Below are positions 51,340 to 62,314 of a stretch of DNA of 64,000 bases, in pieces (positions within the stretch are counted from its first letter, which is position 1; every line of letters begins with the position of its first letter). Where the stretch lies: contig NC_081377.1 of NCBI RefSeq assembly GCF_030684315.1, forward strand, positions 1,922,001 through 1,986,000, in the 5' to 3' direction. The stretch comes from Stegostoma tigrinum (taxonomy: Eukaryota). The notes under the pieces are model-generated. The model made no database searches, was not told the DNA's origin, and saw only the letters and a program-made list of their open reading frames with translations. The translations under genes were made by a program, and so were the position numbers.

Positions 51340-53185
51340 GCCAATTTGATTTACTCCATGTGATATCAAGAAACAATTGGAGAAACTGGATACTACAAAG
51401 GCTACGGACCCTGACAACATTTTGGCAATAGCACTGAAGATGTGTGCTCCAGAACTTGCTGCTCCCCTAGCCAAGTTGTTCCAGTACAATTACAACACTG
51501 GTATCTACCCGACAATGTGGAAAATTGGTCAAGTATGCCCTGTACACAAAAATCCAACCCAGCCAATTACCACTCCATCAGTCTACTCCCGATCATCAGT
51601 AAAGTGATGGAAGGTTCATAAGATCATATGATACAGGGGCAGAATTAAGTCATTCTGCCCATCGAAGTCCGCTCCGCCATTTGATTGTGGCTAATATGCT
51701 CCTCACCCCATTTTCCTGCCTTCTCCCCATAACCATTCAACCTTTTACTAATTAAAAATCTGTCTAACTCCTCCTTAATTTTGCTCACTGTCCCAGAATC
51801 CGCTGCAATATGGGGTAGTGAATTCCACAGATTCACAACTGTTTGGGAGAAATAGTTTTTCCTCAACCCTTTTTAAATCTGCTACTCGTTATCCTAAGAC
51901 TATGGACCTGCATCTTAGTATGCCCCACAAGATGCCCAGTTTGGTTCTGCCAGGGCCACTCAGCTCCTGACCTCATTACAGCCTTGGTTCAATCACGGAC
52001 AAAACAGCTGAATTCCAGAGGTAAGCTGAGAGAGACAGCCCTTGATATCAAGGTGACATTCAACCAAGTGTGGCGTCAAGGGGCCCCAGCCAAACTGAAA
52101 TCAATGGGTACCGGGGCAAACTCTCCTTTGGTTAGAGTCATACCCGACACATAGGAAGATGGTCACGGTTGTGGGAGGTTAAGCATCTCAATTCCAGGGC
52201 ATCTCTGCAGGAGCTCCTCAGGCTAGTGTCCTCAGCCCAGCCATCTTCAGCTGCTTCATCAATGATCTTCCCTCTGCTTTAAGATTAGAAATGCAGATGT
52301 TCGCTGATGATTGCACAATGTTCAGCACCATTTGCATCTCCTCAGATACTGAAGCAATCTGTGTCCAAATGCAACAAGATCTGGACAATATCCAGGCTTG
52401 GGCTGACAAGTAACATGCGTGCTACACAAATGCCAGGCTATGACCATCACCAATAAGAGACAATTTAACCATCACCCTTTGATATTCAATGGTGTTATCA
52501 TCACTGAATTACACACTATCAACATGCTGGGACTTATCATTGACCAGAAACTCAACTGGGCTCACCACATAAACACACTGGCTACAACAGCGGATCAGAG
52601 GTTAGGAATACTGAAGCGAGTAACTCACCTCCTAATTCCCCAAATCCTGTTCACCATCTACAAGGCATAAGTCAGGAGTGTGATAGAATACTCCCCACTT
52701 GCCTGCATGAGTGCAGCCCTAACGACACTTAGGAAGTCAGACATGATCCAGGACAATGCAGCGACTTGATTGGCATCACATCCACAAGCATCCATTCCCT
52801 CCATCACCGACGCTCAGTAGCAGCAGTGTGTACTATCTACAAAATGCGCTGTAGAAATTCTACAAAGATCCTCAGACTGCACCCTCCAAACCCACAACCA
52901 TTTCGATCTCGAAGGACAAGGGCAGCAGATACATGGAATACTACCAACTTGAAGTTCCCCTCCAAGCCACTCACCATCCTAACTTGGAAGTGTATTGCAT
53001 TTCTTCACTGTCACTGGATCAAGATCCTGGAATTTCCCCCCTAACAGCACTGTGGGTCAACTCACAGCAGGAGGACTGCAGGTGTTCAAGAAGGCAGCTC
53101 ACCATCATCTTCTCAAGGGCTGCTAGGTCCGGGCAAGAAATGCTGGCCAGCCAGCAACATGCACATCCCATAAAATGAATAAATT
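51340..53185 (+). mobile_element. LINE family B (CR1-group, clade not resolved) RT and 3' end, with a nested CR1 tail at 51617-51930
   Basis: KMCAPELAAPLAKLFQ, QGHSAPDLITALVQS, ALDIK.TF.QVW, FADDC, IDQKLNW; tail gggcaa.aaatgctggcc. Confidence 0.88.
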
Positions 53186-53500
53186 AAAAATAGTCAAGGG
53201 CAGAAACCCAAGGGGATTGGCAATGATCAGATGTCTGGTCGGGGTGATCTCAGTCATGGCGGGGGTTTGGGGGGGTGGTGGGGTCATTCTCAGTCCTGGG
53301 TCTCCATAGCAGCCAATCCTGGTGGTAGGGCTAATGCAGTCAAGGAGACGCACAGTCCAGGGCCTGGGCATATTTTGCTGAAGTTTGAAGGTTATGATCT
53401 TTTGTGAGATGCCTGTATGGAGGCAGAGTTAGGTGTAGTATGCCCCTACGAGCATGAGGTAACAGAAGGTAGTCTTATCCCAGCGGAACATAACAGGTCA

Positions 53501-53647
53501 ACAAAGTGTGGAGCTGGATGAACACAGCAGGCCAAGCAGCATCTTAAGAGCTTTTGTGCTCCTGAGATGCTGCTTGTCCTGCTGTGTTCATCCAGCTCCA
53601 CACTTTGTTATCTTGGATTCTCCAGCATCTGCATTTCCCATTATCTC
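53501..53647. mobile_element. PLE-derived fold-back mini-element, family A
   Basis: Inverted arms; TSD ggaaca(t/c)aacaggtca at 53485-53500 and 53648-53663. Confidence 0.9.
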
Positions 53648-54177
53648 GGAACACAACAGGTCATTCACTTCCTTCCTGCACTGCTTGTAGTCCAGTTTGT
53701 GAGGACCACAGGCTCTGAATTGAGTTGCCCCTAGCCCCGTATCTGGCAGGTTTGGACAGTGACCGGGTATCATCCACTGGGAAAGGAACCTTGTCTCCTT
53801 TGTGACTCCATCTGAGAGAGTATGAAAGGAAGGGGCACTGAACCAAATGGTCCTGCTCCTCTGGGAGGCTTTTCTTAGCTCATGAGTATAACCCCCAAGG
53901 GTTCCTGGAAATCTCCACCTTAATTGAATGAAGCGGTGTCCAGGTGGCTTTCAAACATGGCACCATGACCCTTGACCCTAGAGGCTAGACAAGAATGACA
54001 TTCCTGACAGGTGATGCACCCAATCAGTCATACAACAGCAAAATAAGGTGAAAAATACATAATCACTCAAGAGAATGTGCCCAGGGCATTGGCAGATCTG
54101 AGATGCTCACTGTCATACTTTAACTTAAAAATCTTGGCCTAGTTTCAGAGTGTTGTAAACATGCCTCCTTAGTACTT

Positions 54178-54275
54178 GAGATAACAAGGTGTAGAGCTGG
54201 ATGAACACAGCAGGCCAAGCAGCATCAGAGGAGCAGGATGGCTGACGTTTTGGGCCTAGACCCTTCTTCAGAAAA
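54178..54275 (-). mobile_element. Family-A PLE fragment with a decayed hammerhead (54241-54271)
   Basis: gctgacgttttgggcctagacccttcttcag. Confidence 0.8.
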
Positions 54276-54319
54276 AAAAACAAAAAAAATGGCTGGGACG
54301 ATGTCTCTATGGCTTGACT

Positions 54320-54575
54320 GCAACTTCCTGTTTGTGGAGAATAGCAGTGGTGTGGCGGCTGCTGCTGCAGAATGAAATAAGTGCCTCACCTGTTGCTCGG
54401 AAATCTTAGGAGAAATGTGTGCTTTTTCAGAGCCTGAATGGACGCAGGAGCTGGGATTCAGAGAGCAGCCCCAGAAATCTACTTGCCTACCACAAGGTGG
54501 TGCTCATTAGCTTTATATCAGCCATTGGCTATCTCAAAGACTGGATTGAGCAGAATTGGCACTGAGTCACGCAGA
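54320..54575. promoter_or_regulatory. Candidate enhancer/insulator: ETS, CTCF-like and AP-1 motifs
   Basis: acttcctg at ~54323, ccacaaggtggtgct at 54490-54504, tgagtca at 54563; motif matches only. Confidence 0.35.
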
Positions 54576-54668
54576 CTGGAATAATATTGCCCAGTATTAC
54601 ACAGACAGCTTAATTCACACAGCTCTTTCATACTCTGCCTTGAATAAAACAGGGCTATCTTATCTGCA

Positions 54669-54844
54669 GAGATAGTAGGAACTGCTGATGCTGGAGAATC
54701 TTATATAACAAGGTGCAGAGTTGTATGAACACAGCAGGCCAAGCAAAATCAGAGGATGCCGGAAAATTAAATCTGAAACATCAGCTTTCCTGCTCCTCTG
54801 ATGCTGCTTGGCCTGCTGTGTTCATCCAGCTCTACACCTTGTTA
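54669..54844. mobile_element. PLE-derived fold-back mini-element, family A
   Basis: TSD tatcttat(c/t)tgca at 54656-54668 and 54845-54857. Confidence 0.88.
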
Positions 54845-55083
54845 TATCTTATTTGCACTTATGCATCTTCACAACTTTCCAAATGCATTACATGTAAATG
54901 CTGGTTTCAAAAATTTAGCAAGAGCTGAGTAACAGTCCAATAAAGTGGCTACTATCTTGAGTACTCCTGATTTCACAAGGACTGCTCCTCAGGGTTGGGC
55001 CTGCAGCTGTCTGTTGACAAAACATTGCTGTGTTTAATTTAACACAAAAGGTCGCTGCAATCCAGGAGCAACACAAACATGCT

Positions 55084-55420
55084 GAGATAGCAAGAACTGC
55101 AGATACTGGAGTCAGAGGTAGCAAACTGTGGAGCTGGAGGAACACAGCAGGCCAGGCAGCATCAGAGGAACAGGAAAGCTGATGTCTTCAGTTGGGACCC
55201 TTCTTCAGAAGGTCTGTTCCTCTGATGCTGCCAGGCCTGCTGTGTTCCTCCAGCTCCACAGTTTGCTACCTCTGACTCCAGCATCTGCAGTTGTTACTAT
55301 CTCAGCACGTTCAGAGGAACAGACCTTCTGAAGAAGGGTCCTGACCCGAAACGTCAGCTTTCCCATTCCTCTGATGCTGCCTGGCCTGCTGTGCTCCTTC
55401 AGCTCCACACTGTGTTATCG
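55084..55420. mobile_element. Double fold-back family-A PLE mini-element
   Basis: Hairpin ~55079-55310 followed by an inverted copy of the apex and a third arm. Confidence 0.88.
55326..55357 (+). ncRNA. Minimal hammerhead ribozyme, intact core
   Basis: CUGAAGA-A-GGGUC-cu-GACCC-GAAAC-GUC^AG. Confidence 0.7.
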
Positions 55421-56206
55421 CAAGCTTGCTGAAGTTCAGTATTCATGTTGCAATTTGGGGCAGGCCGCAGACAGATTTCAAGTTGAATTTTCATTATAGA
55501 GAACAGGAGAAAGGCTCTGAACTTGGTTTTCAAGTTGGTGACCCTTTCCCAACAAAGTGAGAGTCTGACTAAAAATAATCACAACTTTCACAATATTTGT
55601 GGTGTATGTTTTAACCCTGTTCAATTCAAGCCAATAGCAGTGAACACAAAAACGGGCCTTAGAGTCATGAAGGCATTGCCAGCATACACCATACTGGTTC
55701 ACTTCAGAAAAATCCAGAGGGAAGTGATGGGATAGTGGGTGCCAGTGCAAGCAATACTAACCTAACATTGAGGGATAGATGGGAAGGAGGATGCCCCTTC
55801 CCAGCAGGTTGGAGGAGATGACTGCTCTAAAAAGACGCAGTCGAGGGAGTACATCTTTCAGCCCTCCTGGAAGGGCTCAGGGCCTGCACCCTCCAGCATT
55901 ACAGCCATTTGTGAAGCAGCCTTGTGGGTGCTGCTGCTTCTGACTATGGGTGGGGCAGGAGAGGGAAGAGTAGCAAATTCATTGACTGACCTCCTTGGAC
56001 TGACTCACAGCCGTAGTGCTGTTGCTGTTTCTCCACTGAGCTGTGCACATTCTAATGATGAAGCACATGTAATAGTGGACACAGGAAGACAGTGGTGCTT
56101 TATCTTGGTCATCCAGGAGATGGTCCAGAGGGAGGAGCTGTGCCTCTCTGCTGAATTACCCCATCAAGCAGATGGTGATATGCATAAACAGAAAAGCGGA
56201 TGAGGA

Positions 56207-56313
56207 TAAAATTGAAGGGATGAAGGGTCTAGGCCCGAAACGTCAGCTTTTGTGCTCCTGAGATGCTGCTGGGCCTGCTGTGTTCATCCAGCCTCACATT
56301 TTATTATCTTATT
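56207..56313 (+). mobile_element. Family-A PLE mini-element starting inside the hammerhead
   Basis: gatgaagggtctaggcccgaaacgtcag; 14-bp TSD aaagcggatgagga at 56193-56206 and 56314-56327. Confidence 0.88.
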
Positions 56314-56496
56314 AAAGCGGATGAGGAGGCAGTCAAGTCTGCCCAAGTGGACCTGGTTATCATAGAGAGGGTAAAGTGATAATTGAGGTTCAGATCACTG
56401 CATCCTACCTCACAGTATTCCACACTGTAACACTGGGACATGCCAGCACTGTAAAAACTTCCTCCCTAAAGGCAAACTCACATCACCTCTTCTTGT

Positions 56497-56890
56497 GATA
56501 ACAACGTGTGAAGCTGAATGTTGACGTTTCGGGTCGAGACCCTTCTTCAGAAATGGGGGAGGGGAAGGGGATTCTGAAATAAATAGGGAGAGGGGGGAGG
56601 CGGATAGAAGATGGACAAAGGAGAAGATAGGGTGAGAGGAGACAGACAGGTTAAAGAGGTGAGGTTAGAGCCAGTGAAGGTGAATGTAGATGGGGAGTTA
56701 GGGAGGGGATATTTTGGGTCGAGATCCTTCTTCAGAAATGGGGGAGGGGAAGGGGATTCTGAAATAAATAGGGGGGGGGACAAGAAATGCCAACTTTCCT
56801 GCTCTCTTGATGCTGCTTACCCTGCTGTGTTCATCCAGCTTCACACCATGTAATCTCAGATTCTCCAGCATCGGCAGTTCCTACTATCTC
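56497..56890. mobile_element. Family-A PLE fold-back insertion with tandem inverted pLTR pieces
   Basis: 12-bp TSD acctcttcttgt at 56485-56496 and 56891-56902. Confidence 0.88.
56521..56552 (-). ncRNA. Minimal hammerhead ribozyme, intact core
   Basis: Minus strand UU-CUGAAGA-A-GGGUC-uc-GACCC-GAAAC-GUC^AA. Confidence 0.7.
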
Positions 56891-57114
56891 ACCTCTTCTT
56901 GTATTGCACAGGCACAGGGTTCTGACTCAGTCTTCTTGCTCAACAGGCCTGTAGGAGCAGAAGCTGACAAAGAAACTCAGACACACCTTACTATTACAGC
57001 ACAGATGCACTGGGTCCTCACACATGGTCGGATTGGGTAGCTTTGGTGAACAGCATGGCACCAATGGGCAGCAGAAGCTGTCGCAGGCACACCCAGATGG
57101 ACATAGTTACGCTA

Positions 57115-57282
57115 GAAGAAGAGACGACAGGCAGAATGAGAAAGATGAAGTGAGAGAGAGAGAGAGAGAGAGATAGAGCCAGGCAGGATCAGAGAGAGAT
57201 AGAGGGGTAGTAAGAGAGGCAGAGTAAGAGAGGCAAGGTGAGAGAGATAGGGTGAGAGACAAAGAGTGAGAGAGGCAGAGAT
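57115..57282 (+). repeat. (GA)n-rich low-complexity tract
   Basis: Direct observation. Confidence 0.85.
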
Positions 57283-57284
57283 TT

Positions 57285-58305
57285 TTATTCACTCATGTGA
57301 CGTGGGTGTCGCTGGCTTGTCAACATTTATTGCCCATCCTTAGTTGCCCTTGAGAAGGTTGTGGTGAGCTCCCTTCTTGAATTGCTGCAGTCCACCTGCT
57401 GTGGGTTAACCCACAATGCTATTAGGGAGGGAATTCGAGGATTTTGACCCAGTGATAGTGAAGGAATGGCAATATACTTCCAAGTCAGAATGGTGAGTGG
57501 CTTGGAGGGGAACTTGCAGGTGAGGGTGTTCCCATATGTCTGTTGTCTTTGTCCTTCTAGATGGACATGGTTGTGAGTTGGAAGGTGCTGTCTGAGGATC
57601 TTTGGTGAATTTCTGCAGTGTGTCTTGTAGATGTTATGCACACTGCTGCTGCTGAGTGTTGGTGGTGGAGTGTGTGGATTTTTGTCACTTAAGCAGGCTG
57701 CTTTGACCTGGATGGTGTCAAGATTCTTGACCGTTATTGGAGCTGACCTATTACACGGCTGACCTGTGCCTGGTAGATGGTGGAAAAGTTTTCAGAAGTT
57801 TGGAGGTGAGTTACTACTGCAATATTCCTGCCTCTGGCCTGATGTCTTAGGTGCTGTAGTTGTACGTGAAATCCAGTTGAGTTTCTGGTCAATGGTAACA
57901 TCCAGGAAGTTGATAGTGGAGTATTCAGTGATGGAAAGGCCATTGAATGTCATGGGGCAATTGTTAGATTATCTTTTATTGGCAATTGCCATAGCGTGGC
58001 ATTTGTGTAGTGGAAATGTTACTAGCCATTTGTCAGTTCATGCCTGGATATTGTCCAGATCTTGTTGCATTAGACCATAGACTGCTTCAGCATTGGATGA
58101 GTCCTGAACATTGTGCATTCATCTGCGAACATCCCCATTTCTGACCTTATAATGGAGACAAGGCCATTGAGAAAGCAGCTGAGAATGGTTGGGCCTAGGA
58201 CACTACAGGAAAAACTCCTGCAGAGACGTGCTGTAGCTGAGATGACTGACCTCGAACAGCCATGACCATCTTCCTATGTGCCAGGTATGACTCCAACCAG
58301 TGGAA
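57285..58305 (-). mobile_element. LINE family B 3' fragment
   Basis: ORF 57327-57641 (IYKTHCRNSPKILRQHLP...KFPSKPLTILTWK) matches 52766-53044. Confidence 0.88.
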
Positions 58306-58311
58306 TCCAAA

Positions 58312-58540
58312 CTGAGAGGGCAAGAAAGAGAGAGAGAGAGAGAGCGAGAAGTGAAAGATAGAGGAAAGTGCAAGCGGGACAGGGTGAGAATGAGAAATAC
58401 AGAGTGACAGTGAGAAAGGCAGAGTGAGAGAGGGAGGCAGAATGAGGGAGGGAGAGGAAGGTAGATTGAGCGTGAGAAAGAAAGAGAGAGAGAGAGAGAG
58501 AGAGAGTCAGAGCCAGAACTAGAGTGAGAAAGAGACAGGA
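58312..58540 (+). repeat. (GA)n-rich low-complexity tract
   Basis: Direct observation. Confidence 0.85.
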
Positions 58541-58899
58541 TGATCAGCCAGGTACAGAAGCCAGGCCTCAGAAGCCCACTCTGCGTTCTCACTTCAGCTG
58601 CTATACCATCCAGTGCTGGTTCTCCTCTGTTTACTACATTTCTGTATATGACCCCAGACCCACAGCAATATCGTCACTCTTAACTGCTGTCTGGAGTGGC
58701 TTAGAAAGCTGGTCAGTTCACTGGCAGTTAAAGATGGGTAACAAGTTCTGGCCCTGCCAATGGCACCCACATTATATATAAAGATAAAGAAAAAGAACTC
58801 CATCAAGTTAATCAGGCATGATCTTCCTTCAAAAAATCCCTGTTGGCTGTAAATTTGAAACAAAAGATGGAGGAAATCTGCCTAAGGCAGATTTGTCCG

Positions 58900-59300
58900 T
58901 TATGACTTAGTTGGGAATACTCTTCACTCGAAGTCATAAGGCCCAGGCTTCAAGCCACATTCCAGGAATTGAGGACTAAAGGCAAGCTGGTCAGCCCACT
59001 ACTTTTGGAGTGCTGCAGAGTGCAATATTAAAAGGAGTTCCAGTTGCCTGCTGTGGTGGATGGAAAGGATCCTGTAGTGTTATTTGAAGAAGTAAAATGA
59101 AGTTATTCCCAATGTCGTGGCTAGTTTCTATTCATCATCCAGCATCATAGAAACACGTTATCTGGTCATTCTTACATTGTTGTTTGTGGGAGTTTACTGA
59201 GCAAATTGGCTACCATGTTTCCTATATTACAGCAGTGGCTACACATCAAAAGTACTTCACTGAGTATCAAATGCTTTAGAAATACAAGTCATTCTTCTTT
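58900..59300 (+). mobile_element. Deu-domain SINE (SacSINE1/AmnSINE1-like) with an L2-type tail
   Basis: ttatctggtcatt..cattgttgtttgtgggag..caaattggct..caaaagtacttca..aaatacaagtc, recognised from memory of the Deu-SINE consensus. Confidence 0.7.
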
Positions 59301-61962
59301 GTCTGAGCTTGCACCTATGGGCTAATGACCAGTTTTTTGGCCTTTCTTTTACACATACATGTAGACAAATTTTGAGAGAGATCCCGTGTGATCAGATTTC
59401 TGCAGATTAGCACGAGAGAGACAAATTGCACTTTAGATACTTAGGCTCTGTACCATTGGTGGTCAATCCCAAAGTGATTCATAAACTGTTTGTGGTTTTA
59501 CTGTTAAGATTCTCTGCAGATTGTCTTTCTGAATTTTGATCTATCGCTAGAACAGCTCAACCCTGATATTTCTTTTTATACCATTCATCTGCTTTCTACA
59601 ACACTGCTTTCTACAACTCTTTGGAGTTGACATATTTCAAAATCTCTATCCAAGCTGTCATTATAGCTCTACTCATGTGAGGAACATGCACATTTAAAAG
59701 ACATCTTAACTGACAACATCCATTGAATGAAAGAGAAATTAATTTGCTTGGTTATTCCTGTTGGCCATATTCTGCCTCCTTTCTTTACATATTCACTGGT
59801 AGACTCTTCAACTACGATAACCCAATAGACAGGACCTGGTGTATGCACTGCCAGTGGCCAGCAATGTGAATGCTGCACTCAACCTATTCCCTTCCCAATC
59901 CTTCCTTGGCACTATTAGAGACATATCCAGAATCACCCCGCACTAAAGGCTTAATGGACATCACTGATGGATTGGTTGTCAAGTCTAGTATTTTACTAAC
60001 TTTCCATGTGATGCCTGAAGACATAGCTTTCAGTCACCAACTCAGAAATCATCTCTAGGCATACCATCTCCCACCAGTAGGACTGGCCCACTAGAAATGG
60101 TAGGCATAGTGCCATACATTCAGGAAGGAAAGGCCCTGAGGCTCTACATTGGCTCAGGATCTCATCGAGGCATTAGGTTAAACATGAGCAAGAAAGGACT
60201 TATGGATTACCCCCCAGAAACACAGTTGCTAAACAGCAGGTCAGAGGCTAGGAAACCTGAGTGAGTAACTCAATTCCTGCATCCCTAACGCCTGTCCACC
60301 ATCTACAAGGCACAAGTCAGAATCCAATGGAGAACTACCCCCTTGCCTGGATGAGGGTAGCCCCAACTACACACAAGAATTTCAATACCATCTAGAAAAA
60401 AATTTAGAACGCCATCAAAAATTCTCAACACCATCTAAAAACAATCTGCTTAATTTCACCCTACCTTTACCATTCACTCCCTTTCTCATTGTTGACGTAC
60501 ATGGTTTCGTTTTGACAAGATGCACTGCAACAATCCAAAAACACTTCTTGGACAAAACCTTTAAAGAGTTTTTTTCCTTCCTGGTGCATAAGAGTGTAAG
60601 GATCTGAAAGGATTAGTATTGAGGAGTTCTTTAAGCAACACTCACTATCATGATATCAGACAGATCATTTAATAGTAGGAGTACAACTAAAGGTCTTAGG
60701 GGAGGAAGATCTGTGGCCAATGAACCCCCTCATACTCTCTGTAGCAACATGTCAGTGTAACTTATCTTAAGATGTTTTCGTCAACCACAGGAGACCTAAT
60801 GGGCCATGTTGATGCCTAAATGGTAGGAGCAAACTGACTCCATGGAGGGCAGTAGCGTGGAGAGCCTCATACAACATGGTGATAAGTAATGCAGATTGCT
60901 CATATAGTTATTGGGCATGGAGAAAGACACTCAGCGCATCAAAAGCACACTGGCTCTCTGTAGAGTAATTCAGTGACTTTCACTCTACCACTTCATTTCT
61001 TTGTATTTTGAAATCATTGACCATTACTATTTTCATGACCCTTGAAGATCATGGACAGCCAGAATGCCCCCAGTACCTGTTTTTTCCCACTATCTTGGAC
61101 AATCACCCATGTAACCTCCTGAACCCTCACTACCTGTGGGTGACCATTTCTTAAAGCAGATAATTCAGGGACTCTCATTATCCCTGACACTGAGTAACTC
61201 CCATTGAATCTCACACACCTGAGCTCAAGCTACAGCAGCTGGAGATACTTTCTGTACACAATGTTCCCCTGAGACATAAAAACTGTCCTGAACTTCCAAC
61301 AAGTTACAGGAAAGAAAAACAACAAAAGTGCAACTGGCCATCCAAGATCTAAAAGCAGCACAATTCCCTCTTTAAAATCTAGCAAGTACTGTGTTGAAAC
61401 TATTATTTCCAATTTATGCTTCTTGACTTGCTCTATGCTAATAATCTGTTGTCAATTCCTGTAATGGGATATTGAGCCCAAATGAAAAGTTTAATTTATT
61501 GGTTCCCAATTTGTATCATTGCCTTCCAGATCACAACAGATTATTTATCTGCTTTCTTGTGATGCTGAAATTTGATTTTTCTTTCAAACTGGGTCTGCAG
61601 CGCCCAACAGAGATCATCTTCTCCTAGTCTCAGGCTGACTCTGCACTCCGCTTCTCCACATGCTCCAAGGACTACCATAGTTTAAGACAGTGACTCACCA
61701 CCATCTTCTCTAGGACAATCAGTGCTTGGGATACTAAGGAGTCCTGAGAAAGCAGTAGTTCATCGAGCTGAAATCTTATTGACTGTTCCCCTCAACATCA
61801 CCATCTCATGCACTCCAACACCTTGTATTGAACAGTCCTTCAATAACCTTCTCGACCCAGTGCACTTTCCTCCATACACTTCCTCCCAGTGCAACTCCTC
61901 CCAGAGTCCCACTTCTCAGTGTGCCTCCTCACAGTGAACCACACCCAGTATGCCTCCTCCCA

Positions 61963-62310
61963 GGAGGTAGTGGCCATGGATATTATCACAAGACCGTTAA
62001 TTCAGAGACCCAGACAACGTTCTGGGGACCTGGGTTTGAATCCTGCCACGGCAGATGGTGATATTTGAATTCAATTAAAATAACTGGAATTAAGAATCTA
62101 ATGATGACCATGGATCCATTGTCAATTGTTGGCAAACTCCATCTGGTTCACTAATATCCTTTAGGGAAGGAAACTGACATCCTTACCTGGTCTGGCCTAC
62201 ATGTGACTCTAGACCCACAGCAATATGGTTGACTCTCTGGGCAATTAGGCATGGGCAATAAATGCTACCTAGCCAGCGACACCCTCAGCCTATTACTGAA
62301 TAAAAAGTAA
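61963..62310 (+). mobile_element. Full-length tRNA-derived SINE with a LINE-B-derived tail
   Basis: B-box-like gggtttgaatcc; tail gggcaattagg.atgggcaataaatgct similar to LINE B 3' ends. Confidence 0.85.
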
Positions 62311-62314
62311 ACCC

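Noticed and set aside
55760-56400. Possible Harbinger Myb/SANT-like remnant
   Set aside because: Similarity too weak to support by eye; needs an HMM search
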